A stretch of DNA of 64,000 nucleotides from NCBI GenBank assembly GCA_001767195.1, contig MEKU01000019.1, positions 64,088 through 128,087 on the forward strand, written 5' to 3'. Within the stretch, counting starts at the first letter, position 1. Every line of letters begins with the position of its first letter. A program made the position numbers and the translations under genes. A model generated the notes under the pieces. That model saw nothing but the letters and a program-made list of their open reading frames with translations, did not search any database and was not told the DNA's origin. This stretch comes from Acidobacteria bacterium RIFCSPLOWO2_02_FULL_67_21 (GTDB taxonomy: Bacteria; Acidobacteriota; Vicinamibacteria; Vicinamibacterales; UBA2999). This document shows positions 53,132-60,912 of this stretch, piece by piece.

Positions 53132-54001
53132 ATGGCTCTGCTCGATATCCGCCAGCGCACGGGCTATCTCTTCATCGCGCTGACCATCGGCCAGATCATT
53201 CTCATTTCTGCGCAGGTCAACACCGCCCGCGGCATCCCGGTCCTCGAAGCCGTCACGTTCGGCGTGTTTGCCGAGATTCAGCGGGTCGCCTCGTCCGGCC
53301 TCAGCGGCATGCGCGCCTCGTGGACCGATTACGTGGCGCTCCAGGAAGTGCGGACCGAGAACGAGCGATTGCGGGACGAGGTCGGGCGGCTGCGGGTGGG
53401 GCTTCAGCAGGAGCGCGCCCTCGCCCAGCGGTCGCGGACGCTCGAGCAGCTGCTGGAGCTGCGCACCCAGGCGGATCTGGCCACCGTGGCGGCCAACGTC
53501 ATCGCCGGCGGCGCCAGCCCGGACTTCCGGACGATGACCATCGACCGGGGCACCGGCGACGGCCTTCGCCCCGACATGGCGGTCATCGCCCCGGCCGGGG
53601 TGGTCGGCCGGATCATCACGCCCAGCGCCCGCGCGGCCAAGGTGCAGCTGCTCATCGACCGCAACGCGGCGGCGGGGGGGCTGGTGGAGCGGTCGCGGGC
53701 GCAGGGGGTCGTCGAGGGGACCGGCGGCGGCCTTCGGATGAGCTATGTCTCCGGAACCGCCGATATTCAGGTGGGCGACGCCGTGGTGACCTCCGGGATC
53801 GACGGCATTTACCCCAAGGGCTTCGTCATAGGTCAGATAGAATCTGTAGAGTGGGGGGAAGGCTCGTTCGGGGCGATCGCCATCCGGCCGGCCGTTGACT
53901 TCTCCTCGATAGAGGCGGTGCTCGTGGTGCTGACGCCGCCGGCAGCGGTCGAGGACGAGACGCCGGGCGAGAGCGCGGGAGCGGCCCCTGCCGCGCCGTA
54001 G
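53132..54001 (+). CDS. mreC: Rod-shape-determining protein MreC
   Basis: N-terminal TM, a coiled coil (ENERLRDEVGRLR), then beta domains (VVTSGIDGIYPKGFVIGQI). Confidence 0.9.
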   Translation: MALLDIRQRTGYLFIALTIGQIILISAQVNTARGIPVLEAVTFGVFAEIQRVASSGLSGMRASWTDYVALQEVRTENERLRDEVGRLRVGLQQERALAQRSRTLEQLLELRTQADLATVAANVIAGGASPDFRTMTIDRGTGDGLRPDMAVIAPAGVVGRIITPSARAAKVQLLIDRNAAAGGLVERSRAQGVVEGTGGGLRMSYVSGTADIQVGDAVVTSGIDGIYPKGFVIGQIESVEWGEGSFGAIAIRPAVDFSSIEAVLVVLTPPAAVEDETPGESAGAAPAAP

Positions 54002-54022
54002 CGCGAGAGCGCGGAGGCGGGA

Positions 54023-54523
54023 GTGAGAGCGGTCGGCGTGCTGATCGCGATCGCGATGGCGATCGCGCTGCAGACGACGCTCGCGCGATTTCTGGTGGCC
54101 GGGACGGCGGCGGTGGATCTGGTGCTCGTCGTCGTGATCTACGTCGCGCTGACGGGCGGCGCGGTCACCGGGATGCTGGCGGGAAGCTTCGCCGGCATCA
54201 TCCAGGACGCGCTCTCGAGCGGTGTGATCGGCATCGGCGGGCTGGCCAAGTTGATTGTCGGGTTTCTTGCCGGGGCGATCGGCCAGCAGTTCATCGTCAC
54301 GTCGGCGCTGCCGCGGTTTCTGACGTTCCTGGTGGCGACCGTGGTGCACGCCGCGGTGTTCATGGGGTTGTACGTGCTGCTCGGGCTCCGCTCGTTTCCG
54401 TCGCCGTGGACGGCGATCCTGAGTCAGGCGGTCGGGAATGCCGCCGTCGGCATGATCGCCTTCACGGTGCTCGAGTCGCTGCCGGGAGTCGCGGAGCGGC
54501 GGAGAGCGAAGAGAAGGATGTAG
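54023..54523 (+). CDS. mreD: Rod-shape-determining protein MreD
   Basis: 166-aa polytopic protein directly after mreC. GTG start. Confidence 0.85.
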   Translation: MRAVGVLIAIAMAIALQTTLARFLVAGTAAVDLVLVVVIYVALTGGAVTGMLAGSFAGIIQDALSSGVIGIGGLAKLIVGFLAGAIGQQFIVTSALPRFLTFLVATVVHAAVFMGLYVLLGLRSFPSPWTAILSQAVGNAAVGMIAFTVLESLPGVAERRRAKRRM

Positions 54524-54561
54524 GGGTCAGGGGGCCTCGCCTCGCCCCTTCAATTGGAACC

Positions 54562-56490
54562 ATGGCACTAACCGAAGATCGCCGGCGAATGGCCGTCCGC
54601 CTGATGGTGCTGCAGGTCAGCGCCGTCCTGGCGTTTGCCGCGCTCGCCATCAGCTTCTGGTTCCTCCAGATCGCGCAGCACCCCCGCTACCAGGAGATGG
54701 CCGAGAACAACCACCAGCGGACGCTCGCGCTGCGGGCGCCGAGGGGCGTGCTGTTCGACCGCAACGGCACGGTGCTCGTCGAGAACCGGCATTCGTTCAA
54801 CGTGTCCATCGTCCGGGAGCACACCAAGGATCTCGACCGCACGATCCGGCTCCTCTCCGCGGTCGCCGGCCTCGATCCGAAGCAGGTGCGGCAGACGGTG
54901 GAGCGCCACCGCAGCGATCCCATCTACCGGCCGATCGTGGTCGTCGAGGACGCGACGCTCGCTCAGGTGGCGGCCATCGCCGCGCGGCGGCTGGACTTCG
55001 AGCTGCCGGACGTGGTCGTCGAACAGGTGCCGACGCGCCAGTATCCGGTCGACGCGCTCGCCGCGCATCTCTTCGGCTACGTCGGCGAAGCCAGCGAGGA
55101 CCAGCTGGGCGACGGCATCACGCGCGGGGCGCTGGTCGGGCAATCGGGCGTGGAGCGCGTCTACAACAGGCTGCTCATGGGCCAGGACGGCGCCCGCGTG
55201 GTTGTGGTCAACAGCGTCGGGCGCGAGATTCGCACCATCGAGGAGATTCCGCCGAAGGAAGGCCGCCGCGTCCAGCTCACGATCGACTCCGACCTGCAGA
55301 AGGCGGCCGAGGACGGCTTCAGGCATGCGGGGTTCAACGGTGCAGCGCTCATCATGGATCCCCGCACCGGCGAAGTGCTGACGTACGTGAGCCTGCCGGC
55401 CTACGACCCCAACGACTTTGCCGGCGGCATCGACCGCGCCACGTGGGCGTCGCTCAACGCCGACGAACTGCGGCCGCTGCAGAATCGCGCGATCCAGGGC
55501 CGGTACTCGCCGGGCTCCGCCTTCAAGCTCGTGGTGGCCACCGCCGCGCTCGAGGAGGGCATCGTCACGCCGGACTTCAAGGTGAACTGCGGCGGCGGCG
55601 CCAACTTCTTCGGCCGGTATTTCCTCTGCCATCTCAAGGGCGGCCATGGCGTTGTGGACATGCGGCACGCGATTGAGAAGTCGTGCAACGTGTACTTCTA
55701 CACGCTCGGCAACATGCTGGGTGTCGATCGCATCCACAAGTGGGCCGAACGGCTCGGGATGACCGGCAAGACCGGCATCGACCTGCCCAACGAGCAGGAG
55801 AGCCTCGTCCCCTCGACCGCCTGGAAGCTCGAGCGCACCGGCGAGCGCTGGTATCCCGGCGAGACGATTTCGGTCTCGATCGGCCAGGGGCAGGTGTCGG
55901 TCACGCCGGCCGCGATGGCCATGATGATCACGACGATCGCGAACGGCGGCACCCGCGTCACGCCGCACATCGTGCGGGCCGTCGACGAGGGCGGCGGGTG
56001 GCGCATGGCCACGCCGCCGGTCGTTGCCGAGAGCATGGCCTTCCGTCCCGAGACGCTGGCGGCGCTCCATGACGGGCTCTGGATGGCGGTCAATGCCGCC
56101 GGCACCGGCGGCCGGGCGCGGATCGAGGGGCGCGACGTTGCGGGCAAGACCGGCACCGCCCAGGTGATCTCGAATCAGGGCCGGCAGGCCGCCCGGGGGT
56201 CGGAACGGGATCTGCGCGACCACGGATGGTTCGTGTTCTTCGCCCCGAAGGACAACCCTGAGATTGCAGGCGTCATCTTCGGCGAGCACAACGAGCACGG
56301 CTATCTCGGGGCGCCGATCGCCAGGCACGTGATCCAGACGTATTTCGCAAAGAAGGAAGGGCTGCCGCTGCCGGTGCTGGCGCCGCCGCCCCCGGCCGCG
56401 CCGGAACCGGACCCGGACACCGCGCCGGTCGAGATCGCGCCCGCCATTGCCGCCACGCCGGCCGCGGGCGCGGCGCCCGGCACGAACTAG
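54562..56490 (+). CDS. mrdA: Penicillin-binding protein 2 (elongasome transpeptidase)
   Basis: ATG 54562 (MALTEDRRR). The PBP dimer domain is followed by the transpeptidase motifs SPGSAFK, SCN and KTGTAQ. Confidence 0.95.
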   Translation: MALTEDRRRMAVRLMVLQVSAVLAFAALAISFWFLQIAQHPRYQEMAENNHQRTLALRAPRGVLFDRNGTVLVENRHSFNVSIVREHTKDLDRTIRLLSAVAGLDPKQVRQTVERHRSDPIYRPIVVVEDATLAQVAAIAARRLDFELPDVVVEQVPTRQYPVDALAAHLFGYVGEASEDQLGDGITRGALVGQSGVERVYNRLLMGQDGARVVVVNSVGREIRTIEEIPPKEGRRVQLTIDSDLQKAAEDGFRHAGFNGAALIMDPRTGEVLTYVSLPAYDPNDFAGGIDRATWASLNADELRPLQNRAIQGRYSPGSAFKLVVATAALEEGIVTPDFKVNCGGGANFFGRYFLCHLKGGHGVVDMRHAIEKSCNVYFYTLGNMLGVDRIHKWAERLGMTGKTGIDLPNEQESLVPSTAWKLERTGERWYPGETISVSIGQGQVSVTPAAMAMMITTIANGGTRVTPHIVRAVDEGGGWRMATPPVVAESMAFRPETLAALHDGLWMAVNAAGTGGRARIEGRDVAGKTGTAQVISNQGRQAARGSERDLRDHGWFVFFAPKDNPEIAGVIFGEHNEHGYLGAPIARHVIQTYFAKKEGLPLPVLAPPPPAAPEPDPDTAPVEIAPAIAATPAAGAAPGTN

Positions 56491-56492
56491 GC

Positions 56493-56589
56493 ATTGACGA
56501 ATTTACGAATTTACGAATTGACGTATTTGAACGCATGGACATCACGCTCTTGGCAATTCGTCAATTCGCAAATCCGTAGATCCGTCAAT
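56493..56589. repeat. AT-rich imperfect palindromic element, copy 2 (same family as 53048-53127)
   Basis: The left arm ATTGACGAATTTACGAATTTACGAATTGACGTATTTG matches the reverse complement of the right arm (CAATTCGTCAATTCGCAAATCCGTAGATCCGTCAAT) at about 31/36. The terminal CGTCAAT includes the AT of the rodA ATG. Confidence 0.8.
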
Positions 56590-57673
56590 GTTTGAGCGAA
56601 GGCTTTACCATCACATCGACTGGGCGCTGCTGCTGGCGGTGGCCGCCCTGTGCCTGCTCGGCATCACGCAGATCTACAGCGCGACCGGCGGATGGACCGA
56701 CATCGTCCAGACGCAGATCTACGCCGTGCTGCTCGGGGTGCTCGCGCTCGTGGTGTGCCTCAGCATCGACTACCGCTCGCTCGCCGACAAGTCGCACTTC
56801 ATCTACATCGCCGTCATCGCGCTGCTGGCCTGCGTGCTCTTCTTCGGGGCGGTCCGCGGAGGCTCGCGGCGCTGGATCGATCTCGACGTTTTCAACATCC
56901 AGCCGTCGGAGTTTGCGAAGGCGGCGCTGGCGCTCGTGCTGGCGAAGTTCTTCGGTGAGAGCCGCCGCGGCACGGTGACGCGCGTCGACCTGGTCGTGGC
57001 GGGCGCCCTGACGGCGATCCCGCTCGTGCTCATCGCGCAGCAGCCCGACCTCGGCACCGCGGCGACGCTCATCCCCGTGGCATTCGCGGTGGCGTACGTG
57101 GCGGGCATGCCGATGCGGCTCGTGGGCGTGCTGGCGCTCATGGGTGTGCTGGCGGCGCCCGTCGCCTGGAAGTTTGCGCTGCAGGACTATCAGAGGGAAC
57201 GCATTTCGACATTTCTCGATCCGGCGCAGGATGCCAGGGGCGCCGGGTATCAGCAGATTCAGGCCCGCATCACGGTGGGATCCGGCGGGCTCTGGGGAAA
57301 GGGATTCACTGAGGGCACGCAGGGCCAGCTGCGGTTTCTGCCCGTGGCGCACAACGACTTCATCTTCTCCGTGCTCTCCGAAGAGCAGGGGTTTGCCGGA
57401 GTGATTGTGGCGCTCGGGCTCTATTTGTTCGTCATTCTGCGTGCGCTCGAGTCGGCCCGGCTCGCCAAGGACCGGCTCGGCGCGTACCTGGTGCTGGGAG
57501 TACTGGCCAGCTTCACGTTCCAGGTGATCTACAACATCACGATGTCGGCCGGCCTGGCGCCGGTCAAGGGATTGACGCTTCCGCTCATGAGCTACGGCGG
57601 GTCCTCGATGATCGCCACCCTGGCAGGATTCGGCCTAATCCTCAACGTGCGGATGCGGCGGTTCACGAACTAA
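56588..57673 (+). CDS. rodA: Peptidoglycan glycosyltransferase RodA (SEDS family)
   Basis: 361 aa, 10 TM, FtsW/RodA/SpoVE pattern (..HNDFIFSVLSEEQGF..PLMSYGGSSM). Confidence 0.95.
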   Translation: MFERRLYHHIDWALLLAVAALCLLGITQIYSATGGWTDIVQTQIYAVLLGVLALVVCLSIDYRSLADKSHFIYIAVIALLACVLFFGAVRGGSRRWIDLDVFNIQPSEFAKAALALVLAKFFGESRRGTVTRVDLVVAGALTAIPLVLIAQQPDLGTAATLIPVAFAVAYVAGMPMRLVGVLALMGVLAAPVAWKFALQDYQRERISTFLDPAQDARGAGYQQIQARITVGSGGLWGKGFTEGTQGQLRFLPVAHNDFIFSVLSEEQGFAGVIVALGLYLFVILRALESARLAKDRLGAYLVLGVLASFTFQVIYNITMSAGLAPVKGLTLPLMSYGGSSMIATLAGFGLILNVRMRRFTN

Positions 57674-57682
57674 CCCGGCTTT

Positions 57683-57747
57683 GGGCTTCAGGCTTCAGGC
57701 TTTCGGCCGTGTTCGGCCAGAAGCCCGGCGCCCGAAGCCTGAAGCCC
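57683..57747 (+). terminator. Compound stem-loop after rodA / in the rng leader
   Basis: GGGCTTCAGGCTTCAGGCTTTCGG ... CCGAAGCCTGAAGCCC gives a 16-nt perfect complement to one register of the GGCTTCA tandem. An inner GGCCG-tgtt-CGGCC hairpin lies inside. No U-tract. Confidence 0.4.
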
Positions 57748-57858
57748 TTAGATTGGGCTCGATCATGCCGCACGTCCTCATGTTCATCCTGCGCTCGATC
57801 GCCGAGCTGTTCGGGGTGTATCTCGTGCGGCGCGCAGAGCCCGTTCGGAGCTGCGGGC

Positions 57859-59466
57859 ATGACCAAGGAGATGATCGTCTCCTCGAGCGCCCACGAGACA
57901 CGGGTCGCAATCCTCGAGGACGACCAGGTCGCCGAGATCTTCATCGAGCGCGAGCGGCAGCGCGGCGTGGTCGGCAATTTGTACAAGGGCCGGGTCTCGA
58001 AAGTGCTGCCCGGCATGCAGTCGGCGTTCGTTGAGCTCGGCCTCGAGCGCGACGGCTTTCTCTACGTCACCGACGTCATCCCCTCGACCGACGAGTTCGA
58101 TCGGTTCGAGACGGAAGAGGACGCGTCTGCCCCATCTCCCGTACGTGGGGCGGGTTCCGCCGAGGACCGCGGCTCATCCGCAGGCGGACCCGCCGGGGGC
58201 GGGCGTGGAGGCCGACGCGATCGCGACCGCGACAAAGGCCCGGAACCGAAGATCGAAGAGCTCGTCAAAGAGGGCCAGGACATCATCGTCCAGGTGGCCA
58301 AGGAGCCGCTCGGCACCAAGGGCGCGCGGCTGACCTGCCATGCCACGATGCCGGGCCGGTTCCTCGTGTTCATGCCGACGGTGGACCACATCGGCGTGTC
58401 CCGGAAGATCGATTCCCGCGACGAGCGCAGCCGGCTGCGCGGGATCGTGCGGGAGTTCCGGGAGCAGCACGGTTTCACGGGAGGCGTCATCATCAGGACC
58501 GCCGCCGCCGGCCGGCCCAAGGAAGACATCGTCGCGGATCTGAGCTACTTCCACCGGGTCTGGACCGAGATCCGCCAGAAGGCCGAGTCGTCGCGCGCGC
58601 CCGCGGTCGTCTATCAGGAGCAGAGCCTGGTCGCCAAGCTGCTTCGCGATCTGCTCACCGAGGAGTTCTCGGCGATCCGCATCGACAACGAGGTCGAATA
58701 CCGGCGTGTCTGCGAGCTGATCGAGCGCATCATGCCTGCCCTGGCGCCGCGGGTGAAGCTCTACGACAAGGAATTCCCGATCTTCGAGGAGTACGGCGTC
58801 CAGCCCGAAATCGACCGGGCCCTTCGCAGCAAGGTCTGGCTGAAATCCGGCGGGTCGATTGTCATCAACCAGACGGAAGCGCTCGTGGCGATCGACGTCA
58901 ACACGGGGCGGTACGTCGGCAAGAAGACGGCCGGACGGCTCGAAGACACGATCCTCAAGACCAACCTCGAGGCTGTGAAGGAGATCGTCCGCCAGATCCG
59001 CCTCCGCGACCTTGGCGGAATCATCGTGCTCGATTTCATCGACATGGAGGAGAAGAAGAACCGGCAGAAGGTCTTTCAGGCCGTCGAGCAGGAGCTGCGC
59101 AAGGACCGCTCGCCGTCCAAGGCGCTGCAGGTGTCGGACTTCGGGCTCGTGATCATCACCCGCAAGCGGGTCAAGCAGAGCCTCGAGCGCGTGCTGACCG
59201 AGCCGTGCCCGTACTGCGCCGGCAGCTCCGTCATCAAGTCGACGTCGACCATCTGCTACGAGATTCTGTCGGAGGTCAAGAAGATCAGCGGCGACCTCAA
59301 CGGGCAGACGCTGATCCTCCGCGTGAACCCCGACATCGCGCGCGCGCTCCGCGACGAGGAGCGCGCCGTCTTCAAGGACCTGAAGCAGTCGCTCGGGCGC
59401 GAGGTCGCCCTGCGGGCCGATGCCCAGCTGCACCACGAGCAGTTCGACCTGATGGCAGTGGGATAG
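57859..59466 (+). CDS. rng: Ribonuclease G (RNase E/G family)
   Basis: ATG 57859 (MTKEMIVSS). S1 domain GNLYKGRVSKVLPGMQSAFVELG, then the catalytic core ..AIDVNTG..GGIIVLDFIDM. A Gly/Arg/Asp-rich insert lies at nt 58090-58251. Confidence 0.9.
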   Translation: MTKEMIVSSSAHETRVAILEDDQVAEIFIERERQRGVVGNLYKGRVSKVLPGMQSAFVELGLERDGFLYVTDVIPSTDEFDRFETEEDASAPSPVRGAGSAEDRGSSAGGPAGGGRGGRRDRDRDKGPEPKIEELVKEGQDIIVQVAKEPLGTKGARLTCHATMPGRFLVFMPTVDHIGVSRKIDSRDERSRLRGIVREFREQHGFTGGVIIRTAAAGRPKEDIVADLSYFHRVWTEIRQKAESSRAPAVVYQEQSLVAKLLRDLLTEEFSAIRIDNEVEYRRVCELIERIMPALAPRVKLYDKEFPIFEEYGVQPEIDRALRSKVWLKSGGSIVINQTEALVAIDVNTGRYVGKKTAGRLEDTILKTNLEAVKEIVRQIRLRDLGGIIVLDFIDMEEKKNRQKVFQAVEQELRKDRSPSKALQVSDFGLVIITRKRVKQSLERVLTEPCPYCAGSSVIKSTSTICYEILSEVKKISGDLNGQTLILRVNPDIARALRDEERAVFKDLKQSLGREVALRADAQLHHEQFDLMAVG

Positions 59467-59522
59467 GGATTCGGGATTCGGGATTGGGGATTGGTGTAGG
59501 CCGGGGTCCTGTAGGACCCGGC
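59466..59522 (+). repeat. Tandem GGGATTS heptamers (G-quadruplex-type motif) followed by a REP-like hairpin
   Basis: GGGATTC GGGATTC GGGATTG GGGATTG (G-tracts at 59466-68, 59473-75, 59480-82 and 59486-89), then GTAGG-CCGGGGTCC-tgta-GGACCCGGC. Confidence 0.6.
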
Positions 59523-59535
59523 GGAGGCTTCGTAG

Positions 59536-60099
59536 ATGACAGACAAGGACATCATTGCTGAACGGGGCCGGTCTCTCGAGGATGAGTATTTCCGCAAGAA
59601 GGACCGGGAGCTGATCGAGAAGATGCAGCGCGCGGCGGCGACGGCACAGGCGCGCGCCGAGATGGGCGCCATGACCGGCCTCAACGATCCCGCGCTGCTG
59701 GAAGAACTGGAGGGACTCGGCTTCACGCCGGACACGGTGGGGCTGCTGCCGCTCGTCCCTGCCATCCAGGTGGCCTGGGCTGAAGGAGGAGTGACTGCAG
59801 CCGAACGCACGCTCCTCGTCAAGCTGGCCCGGGCGCGAGGTATCGCCGAGGGGACCCCCGCCGATCGTCAGCTAGGGGACTGGCTGGACCAGCGTCCGGC
59901 CGAAGAGGTGTTTGCCCGGGCGACGCGGCTCATCCGAGCCATGCTCTCGACGGGGGCACGCCAGGAAAACGCGGCCGACCTGGTGAAACACTGCGAGGCG
60001 ATCGCCGCCGCGTCAGGCGGCCTCTTTGGCGTCAACCGCGTCTCAGCCGAGGAGCGGCAGCTGCTGACGTCGCTCGCCGCCGAACTGAAAGGCCGATGA
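59536..60099 (+). CDS. TerB-like (tellurite-resistance/DjlA N-domain-like) protein
   Basis: GGAGG lies 8 nt upstream of the ATG. Two repeats of the TerB-type pattern (AWAEGGVTAAERTLLVKLA; SGGLFGVNRVSAEERQLLTSLA). Confidence 0.55.
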   Translation: MTDKDIIAERGRSLEDEYFRKKDRELIEKMQRAAATAQARAEMGAMTGLNDPALLEELEGLGFTPDTVGLLPLVPAIQVAWAEGGVTAAERTLLVKLARARGIAEGTPADRQLGDWLDQRPAEEVFARATRLIRAMLSTGARQENAADLVKHCEAIAAASGGLFGVNRVSAEERQLLTSLAAELKGR

Positions 60100-60135
60100 T
60101 CCGTCTCCCTTCCCCCTGCGCCACGTGAGAGTAGA

Positions 60136-60912
60136 TTAGAGCTGAGGGGGATCGTCAGCGCGTAAGTCGATCAGCGCGGTGAGCAGCCGGTCGATGTCGG
60201 CCTGGGCCCTCAGCCGGTACGCGGCCAGCGACGTGCGCACCGGACCGATCCTGATCGACAGCAGACGGTCCGGCCCTGCCGACGCAAAGGCGTCTTCGTC
60301 CGTATCGTCATCGCCCACGTAGATGGCGGTGTCGCACGCGAATACCTGCCGGGCCTGCTCGAGCGCAATCCCCTTGTTCGCTCCGTTCCGCGGCAGCAGA
60401 TTGATCGCCTCGGCCCCCTGGATCGAGCGCGCGTTCCGCAGGTGCGACACGGCGTCGGCGAGCGCCGCCAGGACGCGGCGCTTGTCGCGCACGTGGCGGT
60501 AATGGACCGTCACCGTCTGCCGTTTCGGCTCGATCACCAGCCCGGTGCGGTGGGGCAGGCGCGTCCGAAGCTCCGCCACCCACTCGCGCACGTGCGCGGC
60601 CGGCGCGTCGATCGTGTCCCAGGTATCGGACCCGTGGTCGCCGACCACGTGCCAGACCGGAAGGTTCCGCAGCCGGCGGGTGAGATCGGCGAGCGGCCGG
60701 CCAGAAATGACGACGCAGGGATAGGAGAGCGCCACGCGCGTCAGCAGGCGGCGCGTGAGCGGGCGCATGCGTGCCGCGGCGGGCGTGGGCGCAATCGGCG
60801 CCAGCGTGCCGTCGAAGTCGAACGCCACCAGGACGTTGGAGGCCGCAAACTGCGCCAGCGTCGGCATGTGGCGGCGGCTCAGGATCGTTCGGACCGCTCT
60901 CCGATGGGCCAT
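60136..60912 (-). CDS. otsB: Trehalose-6-phosphate phosphatase
   Basis: HAD motifs FDFDGTLAP, VISGR, GANKG and VGDDDTDEDAF. TGATG junction with the upstream OtsA-domain gene. Confidence 0.85.
   Translation of the reverse strand: MAHRRAVRTILSRRHMPTLAQFAASNVLVAFDFDGTLAPIAPTPAAARMRPLTRRLLTRVALSYPCVVISGRPLADLTRRLRNLPVWHVVGDHGSDTWDTIDAPAAHVREWVAELRTRLPHRTGLVIEPKRQTVTVHYRHVRDKRRVLAALADAVSHLRNARSIQGAEAINLLPRNGANKGIALEQARQVFACDTAIYVGDDDTDEDAFASAGPDRLLSIRIGPVRTSLAAYRLRAQADIDRLLTALIDLRADDPPQL

Noticed and set aside
54568-56328. 586-aa minus-strand ORF
   Set aside because: It is antisense to PBP2, which carries the SxxK, SxN and KTG motifs. Shadow ORF.
53048-59494. CRISPR array suggested by the short tandem repeats (ATTTACGA x3, GGCTTCA x2-3, GGGATTS x4)
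   Set aside because: The units are only 7-8 nt and directly tandem without spacers. There are at most four copies and no cas genes. They are parts of palindromic intergenic elements.
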